Shown in pieces: positions 54,481-64,000 of a stretch of DNA of 64,000 nt. The notes under the pieces are model-generated. The model did not search any database, was not told the DNA's origin, and worked only from the letters and a program-made list of their open reading frames with translations. The stretch's first letter is position 1. The number at the start of each line of letters is the position of its first letter. The position numbers and the translations under genes are program-made. The stretch is taken from positions 15,097 through 79,096 of IMG/VR virus record IMGVR_UViG_3300042892_004166; one strand, given 5' to 3'. The DNA is from a virus (lineage: Duplodnaviria > Heunggongvirae > Uroviricota > Caudoviricetes).

Positions 54481-54555
54481 TGTTAATAACTTTTTATCAA
54501 AAAGTTTTACCGATTGAAATATATTGATTATATTTACATATCTAATTAAAACAAA
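54481..54555 (+). promoter_or_regulatory. Intergenic cassette copy
   Basis: TGTTAATAACTTTTTATC...AGTTTTACCGATTGAAA...TTGATTATATTTACATATCTAATTAAAACAAAT. ATG at 54556. Confidence 0.55.
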
Positions 54556-55846
54556 TATGAACTTACAAGACATTCAAGATTTCGTTACTGAGTCGAATCA
54601 AACTAACTCTAATACTGACAAATTAAACGTACTTAAAAAGTATGCCAAAAACGATTCAGTACTTCTTGCTCTTAATTACACCTATAATACTTTTAAACAG
54701 TATGGTGTCTCCTCAGAGAATTGCAAAAAGAATTCTAACTTGGTAAAACAAAACTATCCGAACCTATCACAATTGCTTGATGATTTGAATGACCGTAACA
54801 TTACCGGACATACTGCAATTAGTTGTGTTAATGGGTTCATCGAAGCAAATAGGGATTACGAGGAGTTGATTTTTAATATAATTGATAGAAACCTTAAGAC
54901 CCGTTCGACAACATCTATGATTAACAAAGTGATTCCAGGGTTGATTCCTACATTCGATGTTGCATTGGCTAATTCTTACGATGAGAAAACGGCAAAGAAG
55001 GTAGACTTTGATGATATTTGGTTTGTAAGTCGTAAATTGGACGGATGTAGATGTATTTGTATCATTAATGAAGATGGAGAACCTACATATTTCTCTAGAG
55101 CTGGAAATGAGTTTATGACTCTTAAGAACCTGGACGCTGAGATTATCTCATTAGGCCTAAAGAATATGGTTATTGATGGAGAAATCTGTATATTGGATGC
55201 TAATGGAAATGAAAACTTCCAAGGTATCATTAAAGAAATCAAACGTAAAGACCATACAATTGAAAATCCATTCTTTTATATGTTTGACCTTTTAACCATG
55301 GAGGAATTCATTAACAAAGAAGGTACTACAACCTTTGGAATCCGAAATGTTCAATTGGATAACCTTTTCTTTCAAAGAGAATTTACCAAAATTGACTACC
55401 TACCCCAGACTATCTTATTAGATGAGAGAATGCTAACGTATCATGTAGTTCAGGCAAAAGAAAATGGATGGGAAGGACTAATGTTACGTAAAGATGCTCC
55501 TTACCAAGGAAAACGTAGTAACGATGTACTTAAGGTAAAACAATTCTACGATGCAGAATATGTTGTAGTTGACATCGAATATGCAGTCAATAGAGTTATC
55601 GTAGATGGTAAAGAGGTTGCAGAGATGATGATGCGAAATGTTGTAATTGAGCATAAAGGTTATAGAGTTCAAGTTGGTAGTGGGTTCTCTCACGAACAAA
55701 AAAGATTCTACTTCGAGAATCCTAACGAAATTCTTGGAAAACAAATAACAGTTCAGTACTTCGAAGAGACAAAAAATCAAAATGGCGGAATATCTTTAAG
55801 ATTTCCAACCGTAAAAGCAATATATGAAAATGGAAGAGATTGTTAA
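54556..55846 (+). CDS. ATP-dependent DNA ligase
   Basis: Motif I FVSRKLDGCRCI (KxDG). OB-domain region present. The track start 54524 is an extension translating the promoter (IIFTYLIKT). ATG at 54556 follows the cassette. Confidence 0.7.
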
Positions 55847-56069
55847 TCCTTACGCGGAACGTTTCTTAGAGAGAAACTCATTTAAGAATGTTGGTCCTAA
55901 TAAATGGGCCAACGATAAATGTTTAATAACAATTCTAGAGGACTGTTATATGGTTCAATTCACTAATTTTGATGGAAATTGGGAAATGAACACTGATTCA
56001 TATTCACTTCCGCATTTGGTTGGAGTACTAACATGGCATGACCTTTTAGACCGTAACTATGCAAAATAA
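55824..56069 (+). CDS. Hypothetical protein
   Basis: ORF track. Confidence 0.35.
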   Translation: MKMEEIVNPYAERFLERNSFKNVGPNKWANDKCLITILEDCYMVQFTNFDGNWEMNTDSYSLPHLVGVLTWHDLLDRNYAK

Positions 56070-56074
56070 TTAAG

Positions 56075-56407
56075 ATGACAATTAGACACTATAAGAAAGC
56101 ATATTGGATAGGAAGAGATTCTTTTGGCAAAATGATTTATGATGGAGATACTGTTGAGGTTTGGTTACCTTGGGAGACTGGAAGTCCACACCAATCTAAA
56201 GTATTTTGGAATCGTATGGATGGAGCATTCATTGAGTCACATCCGGCGCATAATGCAATTCATGGAAAGGTACATCATCGAGACCTACGTTCATATCTCA
56301 ACACCGAACCTGTTCCTACTTGGAGTTATGAGGAAAACGATGAAGGAACTATTGTTGGCTACAAACAAGGATATGTAAAGAAAGTTAAATCATTTTATAC
56401 CGAATAA
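56075..56407 (+). CDS. Hypothetical protein
   Basis: ORF track. Confidence 0.4.
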   Translation: MTIRHYKKAYWIGRDSFGKMIYDGDTVEVWLPWETGSPHQSKVFWNRMDGAFIESHPAHNAIHGKVHHRDLRSYLNTEPVPTWSYEENDEGTIVGYKQGYVKKVKSFYTE

Positions 56408-56408
56408 T

Positions 56409-56624
56409 ATGGCAAGAGAAGTATCACTTACAATATGTACAAACTGCTTGGATGATTTTCCTAGCAAGGACCTTTACACAGTTTCCAGGAAATCGCATCG
56501 AGGAGTCGAAGATAATCATGACGAATATTATGCGCCTTATTGTACAAAGTGTCTAAAAGACAAGGCATCATACCTAAAAATTATTAGTGAGCCTAAGAGC
56601 ATGAAATTAAAACAAAAGAAATAA
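56409..56624 (+). CDS. Small zinc-ribbon-like protein
   Basis: CTNC ... CTKC pairs. Confidence 0.35.
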   Translation: MAREVSLTICTNCLDDFPSKDLYTVSRKSHRGVEDNHDEYYAPYCTKCLKDKASYLKIISEPKSMKLKQKK

Positions 56625-56625
56625 C

Positions 56626-56868
56626 ATGGAAGAACAAGGATTAATATTAGAAGAGGCATCATTCCGTTTCTCACAAGATGGTAATTGTATATCTGACCCT
56701 GATGAGTTTGAATTCCTAGAAATCGAAGCCCGTTCAAGTCTTGGAATTGACCGAGATAATGATTGTTTCTTTGTCCTTAAAACCAAAAAATGGTCAGTAG
56801 ATTCTATAGAAGACCTTGAAAAATTATTTAACAGAATTAGAAAAGTAGTAATAAATGGAAAAGAATAA
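56626..56868 (+). CDS. Small acidic hypothetical protein
   Basis: ORF track. Confidence 0.35.
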   Translation: MEEQGLILEEASFRFSQDGNCISDPDEFEFLEIEARSSLGIDRDNDCFFVLKTKKWSVDSIEDLEKLFNRIRKVVINGKE

Positions 56869-57067
56869 AGTATTTGTCGGACAAGAATTCCGAACTAACC
56901 CGCAATCAGCCATCCCAGGTGGAAGTGTAGTTGAGGTTCATTATGCAACCAGAATTAAAGTGTATGATAACATTAAGAACCCAAAGGCCTATGTTAAATA
57001 CATAACATCAAATAGCGATGAGCCGGTTATTTCAATCTTAGTTGATGGAAAACCATCTAATTTTTGA
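56855..57067 (+). CDS. Small hypothetical protein
   Basis: ORF track. Confidence 0.35.
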   Translation: MEKNKVFVGQEFRTNPQSAIPGGSVVEVHYATRIKVYDNIKNPKAYVKYITSNSDEPVISILVDGKPSNF

Positions 57068-57116
57068 AACATTATTTAAAAGGGATATATAACATCTAAA
57101 TTTAAAAACTATAACA

Positions 57117-57293
57117 ATGGAAGATTTATTAAATCAAATCGTAGAGGCTGTTGATTCTATTAGAGTAGATGCTGCTAAATTTGAAGAAAAACAAAATGGC
57201 GCTGCTGGAACAAGAGTTCGTAAAGCAATGCAAACTATTAAGACTTTGGCTCAAGATGTGAGAACTCATATCTCTGAAGCTAAAAATGCTTAA
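57117..57293 (+). CDS. Small helical hypothetical protein (58 aa)
   Basis: Hand-translated MEDLLNQIVEAVDSIRVDAAKFEEKQNGAAGTRVRKAMQTIKTLAQDVRTHISEAKNA. Confidence 0.3.
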   Translation: MEDLLNQIVEAVDSIRVDAAKFEEKQNGAAGTRVRKAMQTIKTLAQDVRTHISEAKNA

Positions 57294-57371
57294 AACAATA
57301 TTTTAAAGGATACGTTCAGCAAACTAAAAAACTTTGACTGTAATTCAAACAAACAGTTATCCTGTAAATTT

Positions 57372-57450
57372 AGGCCGGTGGTGGAATGGTAGACACATCA
57401 TCCTTAAACGGTGACGCTTATGCGTGAGGGTTCGACTCCCTTTCGGCCTA
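57372..57450 (+). tRNA. tRNA-Leu: tRNA-Leu(TAA)
   Basis: Acceptor AGGCCGG/TCGGCCT. D-arm GTGGAATGGTAGACAC. Anticodon arm TCATC-ctTAAac-GGTGA. Variable hairpin CGC-ttat-GCG. T-arm GAGGGTTCGACTCCCTT. Confidence 0.6.
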
Positions 57451-57695
57451 CAATCTTAAAACCAGTTCGCGTTGAGGTATCAAGTAGTGGCGTGCGGTAA
57501 CGATGAAACAGTCGTTGAGTCTTTCAGAACAAGACATAAAAGAATTCGAAACCTTGGAATAGATAAGTATTCCTAAAGCTACCACTGAAGGTGATGTTGG
57601 TGACCTTCTAAAAACAAAGTGTCTTGGTACGCTCTGCTGTTGTGGCAACGACAAGGTCTCGGTAGGCAGAAGGCCTCTGACCTACCCAAAACTAA

Positions 57696-57722
57696 AGGGA
57701 CTCTGTAAAGGGTCCCTTTTTT
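57696..57722 (+). terminator. Rho-independent terminator
   Basis: AGGGAC-tctgtaaag-GTCCCT + TTTTTT. Confidence 0.6.
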
Positions 57723-57772
57723 AATTTAGAAACAAATCTAAAATATAGAATATAAATATAAAAATTAGCACT

Positions 57773-58195
57773 ATGAAAAATGCACTATTATATTGGCCTC
57801 GATTCTTTAAAGAGGCATGGATTACAAGAAAATTTTATAAAGCAGTTAAGGCCGTTGAGCCAGAACTTACCGCTGCCGGACTTAGAGTTGACATGATTGG
57901 TCGAATCTATGGTGTTGTAGAAATTCAAAATGAGTTTTTAGGTCAACCAGACTTGGTACAACAATCGATAGTATTTCAACAATTGGGACCTATCAATGAT
58001 ATTCTAATCAAATACGGACTTTCAGACCTTTCATACCCTGAAATAAGTAAAATTGAAGGAAGTGCACAGTATCTTGTTGTACTGTATCCTGACAATGATT
58101 ACTTTACATGGACTGCCGTTGTCAGAAACTTATTATTTGCCGGAATCCTAACAGGAGTTGGATATTTTATCAATTGGATAATTTCCATGTTTTAA
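57773..58195 (+). CDS. Hypothetical protein with C-terminal TM helix
   Basis: ORF track. Confidence 0.4.
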   Translation: MKNALLYWPRFFKEAWITRKFYKAVKAVEPELTAAGLRVDMIGRIYGVVEIQNEFLGQPDLVQQSIVFQQLGPINDILIKYGLSDLSYPEISKIEGSAQYLVVLYPDNDYFTWTAVVRNLLFAGILTGVGYFINWIISMF

Positions 58196-58959
58196 TGGAA
58201 GAATCTATTGAACGGGTAGAAATCAATGGCCGTAGATATTACAGAGTAACCACAAATGGACTTGTACTTGGAACCTATCCAAGTATGACGACAATTCTTG
58301 GAAATACAAAAGACCAAAGTGGACTTGATGAATGGCGAAACAAGATTGGACATGAGGAAGCAGATAGAATCTCAAATCTATCGATGAATCGAGGAACTAT
58401 AATGCACCGTCTTCTAGAATTATACAAAGGACTCCAAGGTACACCGAATCAACGACTATCTCAATTGATATTCATATCAAAGACGGATATTGAAGTCAAC
58501 CAGTTCAATGAGGATCCCTTAGGGGAAACATGGTTGAAGGCTGGTTGGGAATTCTTTCTGAAGTTCTGGACACACCATCCTGATTTTTTTGATAGGGTTG
58601 TTAAGGTACTTGCCGCTGAGAAATTTATATGGTCAGGCCGAGGTTACGCCGGAACTCTTGATAATGCTTCCGAAATGGTTGGAAACAAAATCTTAATCAT
58701 AGACTATAAGAATAGTCGAAAGCCTAAACGGGACGAGTGGATAGAAGATTATTTCCTTCAAGTCGCAGGATATGCAATCGCATTTTGGGAACGTACTGGA
58801 AATGTACCGAGTGGAGGAGAAGTATGGATTGCTAATGAACTAGAAGACAAACCCCAAATATTTACACTAACACAAAGTGACATAAAACATTACTTTAAAG
58901 AATTTATGAAACGATTAAATCAATATAATGAAGAAAACAAAACAATTGAAGAAAAATAA
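58196..58959 (+). CDS. PD-(D/E)xK exonuclease, YqaJ/lambda-Exo-like
   Basis: Start set to ATG 58196. GTIMHRLLE ... IIDYKNSRKP (D-x-K). Confidence 0.45.
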
Positions 58960-60034
58960 GGAGTTCTTATATAACTACCTTAATGCGTACGCTCCAGTAG
59001 CCCAAGAAGGAGAGGGTCAAAAGATCTGGTTGGATTATGTTAGACCATTAGTAAATGGAAATGTAAAAATTGATGCGTATGGTACGGCTTATGCAGTCTT
59101 CCGCGGAAAAACAAAATCTGGACAAGGTTTAGAGCCATGGACTCCTAAAGTTGTAATTGAAGCGCATTGTGATGAAATTGCATGGATTATTACAAACATC
59201 GACAGTGATGGAATGATCCGGGTAAAAAGACATGGTGGAAGCGACAATATGATTGCACCTTCTAAAACGGTAATGATACACACTCATGATGGTAGAAAAT
59301 TAAGAGGACTTTTTGGATGGCCAGCAATTCATACCCGAAAAGAATACACTTCGATGGGTTACAGTCCAGAGGAACTATGGGTTGATATGGGTCTTAAAGA
59401 CAAGGAGGCTGTTGTAAAAGCTGGAGTTGAAATTGGAAACTTAATCACATTTGACACTCAATTAGAAGAGATTGGAAACTATTATGTTGGACGTTCATTA
59501 GACAACAAGATTGGTGGTTATATTATTGCTGAAGCCCTAAGAAAACTGGTAGAAGAGGATGCATATTTACCTTATGATTTATATGTAGTTAATTCAGTTC
59601 AAGAGGAGGTAGGATTACATGGAGCCACTTTAATTGCAAAAACACTTAAAGCTGATTTGGCCCTAGTGCATGATGTTTGCCATGCAACTGATACTCCTAA
59701 AATAGATAAAGCAAAAGATGGAGATAATAAAGGTGGAGAAGGTCCATGTTTAGAGTACACTGCACAAAATCACCGAAAAATTAACAAAATGTTAAGAGAG
59801 GTTGCAAAAGAGGCTAAGATTCCAGTTCAATTAACAGTCGGTTCAATGGGTAATGATACAATGTCCTTCTTTTTAGAGGGTACACCAACTGCAATCTTGG
59901 CAACTCCACTAAGATACATGCATACCACTGTAGAAATGTGTCACAAGAACGATGTTAAATATGCCATACGATTATATGTTGAATTCTTAAAGGCATTAAC
60001 ACCTGAAAAGATAAAAGAAATAAATAACAAATAA
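58928..60034 (+). CDS. M42-family (FrvX/glutamyl aminopeptidase-like) metallopeptidase
   Basis: Two-domain M42 layout: EAHCDEIAWIIT, DNKIGGYIIAEAL, MHTTVE. Start uncertain (overlaps upstream gene). Confidence 0.5.
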   Translation: MKKTKQLKKNKEFLYNYLNAYAPVAQEGEGQKIWLDYVRPLVNGNVKIDAYGTAYAVFRGKTKSGQGLEPWTPKVVIEAHCDEIAWIITNIDSDGMIRVKRHGGSDNMIAPSKTVMIHTHDGRKLRGLFGWPAIHTRKEYTSMGYSPEELWVDMGLKDKEAVVKAGVEIGNLITFDTQLEEIGNYYVGRSLDNKIGGYIIAEALRKLVEEDAYLPYDLYVVNSVQEEVGLHGATLIAKTLKADLALVHDVCHATDTPKIDKAKDGDNKGGEGPCLEYTAQNHRKINKMLREVAKEAKIPVQLTVGSMGNDTMSFFLEGTPTAILATPLRYMHTTVEMCHKNDVKYAIRLYVEFLKALTPEKIKEINNK

Positions 60035-60164
60035 TTTATAAGGTCTTTGGTAGAAAGATATATTTGGTCGTTCTCTTATTTCATGTTCATATCCAAGGAC
60101 CTTTCTTTTAAGCTTCATAAAAAATAAAGATATATATTATAACGACTAAATATATTTTAAAATT

Positions 60165-60839
60165 ATGAACAAATATCACTATGTGTATAGGATTACCAAC
60201 ACAAAACTCAACAAACATTATTACGGCACAAGGAGTTCAAATATAGAGCCATGTAAAGATTTAGGTGTCAAGTATTTTTCAAGCGCATCAGACAAAGAAT
60301 TCAGAAATGACCAGAAGAACAATCCTCAAGATTATAAATATGTTATTGTCTCTGTGTTTAATTCACGAAAAGAAGCAATGCAACTTGAGATTAAACTACA
60401 TACTAAATTTAATGTAGGAATAAATGAATCTTTTTACAATAAATCAAAGCAAACAAGCTCCGGATTTGATTGGAATGGCCCATATTCATTAGAAACTAGA
60501 GAAAAGTTAAGGCAAGCACATCTTGGAAATACTTATTGTAAGGGAAATAAAATGTCTGAAGAAACCAAAGCTAAAATCAAGAAAAAACAATTAGAGTTTG
60601 ATTATAAACCCTCTGAAGAGTTTAAAGAATATTTAAGAGAATTAAATACAGGAGTAAATGTTTATCATGACCCAAATACCAAAGAGAATAGGAGATTCAA
60701 AAATATTGATGAAGTACCTAAAGGTTGGATTAAAGGTCAATCAATTGTGAAAACTGCAAAATGCATACATTGTAATAGAATTGGCAATAAAGCAGCAATG
60801 GTTAGATGGCATTTTGACAATTGTAAAAAGAAACAATAG
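60165..60839 (+). CDS. GIY-YIG homing endonuclease
   Basis: YHYVYRITNTKLNKHYYGTRSS (GIY ... YIG spacing). Basic DNA-binding C-terminal region. Confidence 0.65.
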   Translation: MNKYHYVYRITNTKLNKHYYGTRSSNIEPCKDLGVKYFSSASDKEFRNDQKNNPQDYKYVIVSVFNSRKEAMQLEIKLHTKFNVGINESFYNKSKQTSSGFDWNGPYSLETREKLRQAHLGNTYCKGNKMSEETKAKIKKKQLEFDYKPSEEFKEYLRELNTGVNVYHDPNTKENRRFKNIDEVPKGWIKGQSIVKTAKCIHCNRIGNKAAMVRWHFDNCKKKQ

Positions 60840-60912
60840 ACCGATTCTTAATATAATCCCTAACTCCTGCAAAAATAAAAGAGATAAATAATAAATAACA
60901 AAATTAACAATT

Positions 60913-61203
60913 ATGAACAAAATTAATCAATTTTTTGCAACACATGGTCTTAAAGTTATTGCAGTGCTACTAGTACTTGTATATTTTAAATCATGTAGTA
61001 TTGACTCTGAGGTAACAACCTTAAAGAAAGTTAATAAGGCAAACACTGAAATTATCAATCAACTTCCAACATCAAAAGATGTTAAAATTGAAGGATTAAA
61101 CGCTGAGAAGCGAATGATACAAGCAACGGATAGAAAAATTCTGGATGTTCAAAGACAAAATCAAATCGAAGCAGAAATAGAAGTATTGCAGAAATCTAAG
61201 TAA
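60913..61203 (+). CDS. Hypothetical protein with N-terminal TM anchor
   Basis: ORF track. Confidence 0.4.
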   Translation: MNKINQFFATHGLKVIAVLLVLVYFKSCSIDSEVTTLKKVNKANTEIINQLPTSKDVKIEGLNAEKRMIQATDRKILDVQRQNQIEAEIEVLQKSK

Positions 61204-61427
61204 TGGCTATCGAGAAAAAAACCCACGGATTCGGAACTGACCTGTCAAAAGCTGCCAGGTTTGTTAGAGCCGACATTGCAGCCGACAGGATTGCAAAGGC
61301 CCTGGGTTATGAAGATTGTGGATGTGCCGGTCGAGCTGAGACCTTAGATAATCCGGATCTTTTAGTTAATAAGATTTTTTATAAAAAACAAGAAGATGAT
61401 GAAATCAACAAAGAGCAAGACAGTTAA
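61203..61427 (+). CDS. Small hypothetical protein
   Basis: ORF track. Confidence 0.35.
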   Translation: MAIEKKTHGFGTDLSKAARFVRADIAADRIAKALGYEDCGCAGRAETLDNPDLLVNKIFYKKQEDDEINKEQDS

Positions 61428-62199
61428 CACATTTATAATTGGAACATTCGTTTCACTTTATTTATTAGTGAGTATTATATCAACAATACACGTAGTTGAC
61501 TTTTTTAGGCTATCAAATCCAGAATGGTTAGCAATATCATTAGCAGTTGGATTTGAATTAGGAGCTGCTGCATCTCTAGCTGCATTAATTACCTTAGATA
61601 AAATGAATAAAACCATAGTATGGGGTCTATTTATTTTAATCACTGGAATGCAAATGCAAGGAAATATGTACTACGCATATACAAACATTAAAGATTATCA
61701 GGGATGGGTAGAATTATTTAACCTCGTAGAATGGGAACCTATAGCACAAAAAAGATTACTTGCAGGTGTTTCTGGAGCAATCTTACCGCTTGTAGCACTT
61801 GGGTTTATAAAATCATTGGTAGACTATATTAAACCAGAGGATGTCACAACACCAACCCAGGTTGAAGACTTAGAAGTACTTCATGAAGAGGTTAGTGTAG
61901 AAGAGCAGGTTGAATCAATGAGAAATGTTGTAGAATCTTATGATGACTTACAAGAAGAGATGGATGAATGGGAAAGGGCTTCTCTTGAAGATTTTATTGA
62001 TGAAGAGGATTTAATTGAAGATGTGTACGACGGAATAGTAGGTGCTCCTATCGAAATCGATCGTATAATTGTTAATGATGAATCCGGATTAATAGCTAGA
62101 ACTGGAGAAACCCGAGCAGTAACCGCACCTGATGTTATGCAAGTGTATGACAACGCGCATAGAAACTTTGTATCTATTAAAGAAAAAAATGTATGCTAA
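61396..62199 (+). CDS. Membrane protein (multi-TM N-terminal half, acidic C-terminal half)
   Basis: ORF track; sits upstream of the endolysin. Confidence 0.4.
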   Translation: MMKSTKSKTVNTFIIGTFVSLYLLVSIISTIHVVDFFRLSNPEWLAISLAVGFELGAAASLAALITLDKMNKTIVWGLFILITGMQMQGNMYYAYTNIKDYQGWVELFNLVEWEPIAQKRLLAGVSGAILPLVALGFIKSLVDYIKPEDVTTPTQVEDLEVLHEEVSVEEQVESMRNVVESYDDLQEEMDEWERASLEDFIDEEDLIEDVYDGIVGAPIEIDRIIVNDESGLIARTGETRAVTAPDVMQVYDNAHRNFVSIKEKNVC

Positions 62200-62618
62200 T
62201 TGAAGTCCTATTTGAAAAAGTAAAACTACCAAAACCATACATTAGTAAGAAAATAGATGCAACAACATTACGTGCAGTTCTTGATTCAACCTATCAAACT
62301 GCATATAGGCTTTATTTAATTGCAAATGGTATTAAAGAACTTCAGAAATTTGCTTCAATATCAAGTGACGAGTATTTACTAACTGCAAATGTTGTAACTG
62401 AGTGTGGATTTATTGGAGAGGCCAAGAGCCAAATTTGGAATGTAATTCACTTACAGCCACTTCTACTTAAAAAACCAAAGTTTATTATGAGATGTGAATT
62501 AGTTCATCTTATGTCTAATAAAACAGTTTATAGATGTATTTTTGAACATAAGAATCCTGATGCAATTTATAACCAAGTACAAGAATGTATAGATAATTTA
62601 AAAAACATATTAGAATGA
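62193..62618 (+). CDS. Hypothetical protein
   Basis: ORF track. Confidence 0.4.
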   Translation: MLIEVLFEKVKLPKPYISKKIDATTLRAVLDSTYQTAYRLYLIANGIKELQKFASISSDEYLLTANVVTECGFIGEAKSQIWNVIHLQPLLLKKPKFIMRCELVHLMSNKTVYRCIFEHKNPDAIYNQVQECIDNLKNILE

Positions 62619-63511
62619 GAAATTTATTAAAAAGAGGAGATAGTGGCGAAGACGTTAAGTTGCTACAAAAAGCCTTAGGTGTTAAAGTTGATGGAACCTT
62701 TGGACCTGGAACAGATTTAGCAGTTAAGAACTTTCAAGGGAGCCATGGATTGGCAATTGATGGACTCGTTGGTCCAACCACGCAGAAATTAATTTTTGGT
62801 GCTGAACTTGAAAAACATTTGGACAGTGAAATTACATTAAATGCCTTCGATATTTATTATCTTGACAAAGATGAGTACCATGCAGGTCCTAATAAACCTG
62901 AGTACTTATTCCTGCATCATACTGCCGGAGGAGAAAATCCAATTGCCGTAGTAGACCAATGGAATGATGATACTAGAGGTAAAATTGCAACAGAGTTTTT
63001 AATTGGAGGACCTTCAGTTAATGGTAAAAGTACAAAATACGATGGTGTTATTGTAAAATGCATGCCAGATGGAGGATTTGCAGCCCACTTAGGAGATAAT
63101 GGTTCTCAAAGTATGCATAATAATTCAGTTGGGATTGAAGTATGTAACTTTGGACCTTTAACAAAGGTTGGAAATGTATTTAAAACTTATGTTGGAACAA
63201 TTGTACATCCAGACCAGGTTTGTGACTTAGGATTCAAATTTAGAGGTTCACAATATCACCATAAATATTCAGAGGCTCAAATCGAGGCACTTAGAGAACT
63301 TATACTATTCATTAAAGACCGTAATGGTATTAATATCAAAAAAGGACTTGTTGAATGGTTAACCACTAAAACACCAAATGAAGCATTTGAATTTAATAAA
63401 GATGCATGGGCCGGAAAGGTGAAAGGGATGTTGACTCATACAAACACAAGACGCGACAAGACTGACATGTCACCGCAGCCGGAATTAATTAAAATGTTAA
63501 AATCACTATAG
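62615..63511 (+). CDS. Endolysin: peptidoglycan-binding domain + N-acetylmuramoyl-L-alanine amidase (PGRP/Amidase_2-like)
   Basis: N-terminal PG_binding_1 repeats GDSGEDVKLLQKALG...DGTFGPGT, DGLVGPTT. Amidase region EYLFLHHTAGG. Confidence 0.7.
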   Translation: MRNLLKRGDSGEDVKLLQKALGVKVDGTFGPGTDLAVKNFQGSHGLAIDGLVGPTTQKLIFGAELEKHLDSEITLNAFDIYYLDKDEYHAGPNKPEYLFLHHTAGGENPIAVVDQWNDDTRGKIATEFLIGGPSVNGKSTKYDGVIVKCMPDGGFAAHLGDNGSQSMHNNSVGIEVCNFGPLTKVGNVFKTYVGTIVHPDQVCDLGFKFRGSQYHHKYSEAQIEALRELILFIKDRNGINIKKGLVEWLTTKTPNEAFEFNKDAWAGKVKGMLTHTNTRRDKTDMSPQPELIKMLKSL

Positions 63512-63566
63512 GGTGAAACAAACCTAAAAAATATTATATAATAATTTTAAATCAAAACAAATCAAA

Positions 63567-63851
63567 ATGGAAAAACAAAGTGTATTAGACCAAAATCCAG
63601 AATCTGAAAGAGTATTTGGACCAGATTCAGCTCTAGTAAATGAAGGACCTCAAGCTGAGAACCCAACAAATGGACTTGGTGTTGAAGAAATCATCCCAAT
63701 CTTCGATCAAATTGAAGGTATGGACCAAAATGGTGCAGTAAATGTATTAATCCAAGCTGCTCAAATGGCACAATCTTCTGGAGCTCTTACTGTAAGAGAT
63801 TCAGTTATGATTGCTAAAGCAATTTCAGTACTACAGCCTGGTTCTATATAA
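63567..63851 (+). CDS. Hypothetical protein
   Basis: ORF track. Confidence 0.4.
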   Translation: MEKQSVLDQNPESERVFGPDSALVNEGPQAENPTNGLGVEEIIPIFDQIEGMDQNGAVNVLIQAAQMAQSSGALTVRDSVMIAKAISVLQPGSI

Positions 63852-63877
63852 GAATCAGACCGGATTAGATTTTTAGG

Positions 63878-63905
63878 AGACCTTAAGTAATTAAGGTCTT
63901 TTTTG
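63878..63905 (+). terminator. Rho-independent terminator
   Basis: AGACCTTAA-gtaa-TTAAGGTCT + TTTTTTGTTTTT. Confidence 0.65.
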
Positions 63906-64000
63906 TTTTTAAATCGTTAATAAATATAATGAAACAAATAGGACCAAACCTATATAAATTATAAATCTAACGAATGGACAGCATTAAAACTACCGTCAAA

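Noticed and set aside
4220-54555. Possibility that the recurring ~80-bp elements are a CRISPR array or MITE-like transposons
   Set aside because: Copies are separated by whole genes (kilobases), not by 25-40-bp spacers, and have no terminal inverted repeats or target-site duplications. Each sits precisely between a stop codon and the next start. Promoter/terminator cassette fits better.
3049-54555. Reading the cassette core as a host sigma-70 or Bacteroidetes sigma-A promoter
   Set aside because: TTGNNN to TATAAT spacing is about 10 bp rather than 17 bp. The TAnnTTTG -7 element has A instead of the terminal G, and no TTTG sits 19 nt upstream. Classified instead as phage-specific.
58108-58195. 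Track start 58108 for the exonuclease gene
   Set aside because: It would overlap 88 nt of the upstream gene in another frame. ATG 58196 directly follows the upstream stop and gives a compact gene.

Overview
This window reads as a contiguous stretch of a large tailed-phage genome (probably a jumbo or T4-like-sized myovirus of a Bacteroidetes host). Evidence: about 115 short plus-strand genes in operon-like arrays; three tRNA clusters, of which about 27 have hand-assigned anticodons and about 7 are unassigned or tRNA-like; homing endonucleases next to the tRNAs; a T4 DenV homologue; a CCA-adding enzyme; an Rnl2-like RNA ligase and a Pnk-like kinase; a DNA ligase; an endolysin; and a phage-encoded ECF-type sigma factor. 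The Bacteroidetes host call rests on a T9SS C-terminal sorting domain in one gene. An approximately 80-bp intergenic cassette recurs 21 times. It consists of a TTTAACA direct repeat, a hairpin with compensatory stem changes, a T-run, and the core TTG(A/T)TTATATTTACAT, with an ATG 20-25 nt downstream. It is most likely a terminator plus phage-specific promoter unit. Notable content: (1) four paralogous proteins share an N-terminal MK(K/R)(I/V)KL(F/Y)E(Q/E)F(I/L)xE motif resembling the T4 capsid-targeting sequence, so they are candidate packaged and injected effectors, and one has an ATP-grasp fold and one a 2H phosphoesterase fold; (2) an NAD+ salvage or reconstitution neighbourhood with a PRPP-synthetase-family enzyme, a macro domain and NAMPT; (3) a DNA-repair set (DenV, Fpg/Nei, AlkB-like, ligase, DEDDh exonuclease); (4) a possible nucleic-acid modification cluster (GT2, nucleoside 2-deoxyribosyltransferase, methyltransferase-like); (5) untranslated structured spacers and degenerate tRNA-like duplicates inside the tRNA clusters. 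All calls are from reading the sequence by eye, and no database search was run.
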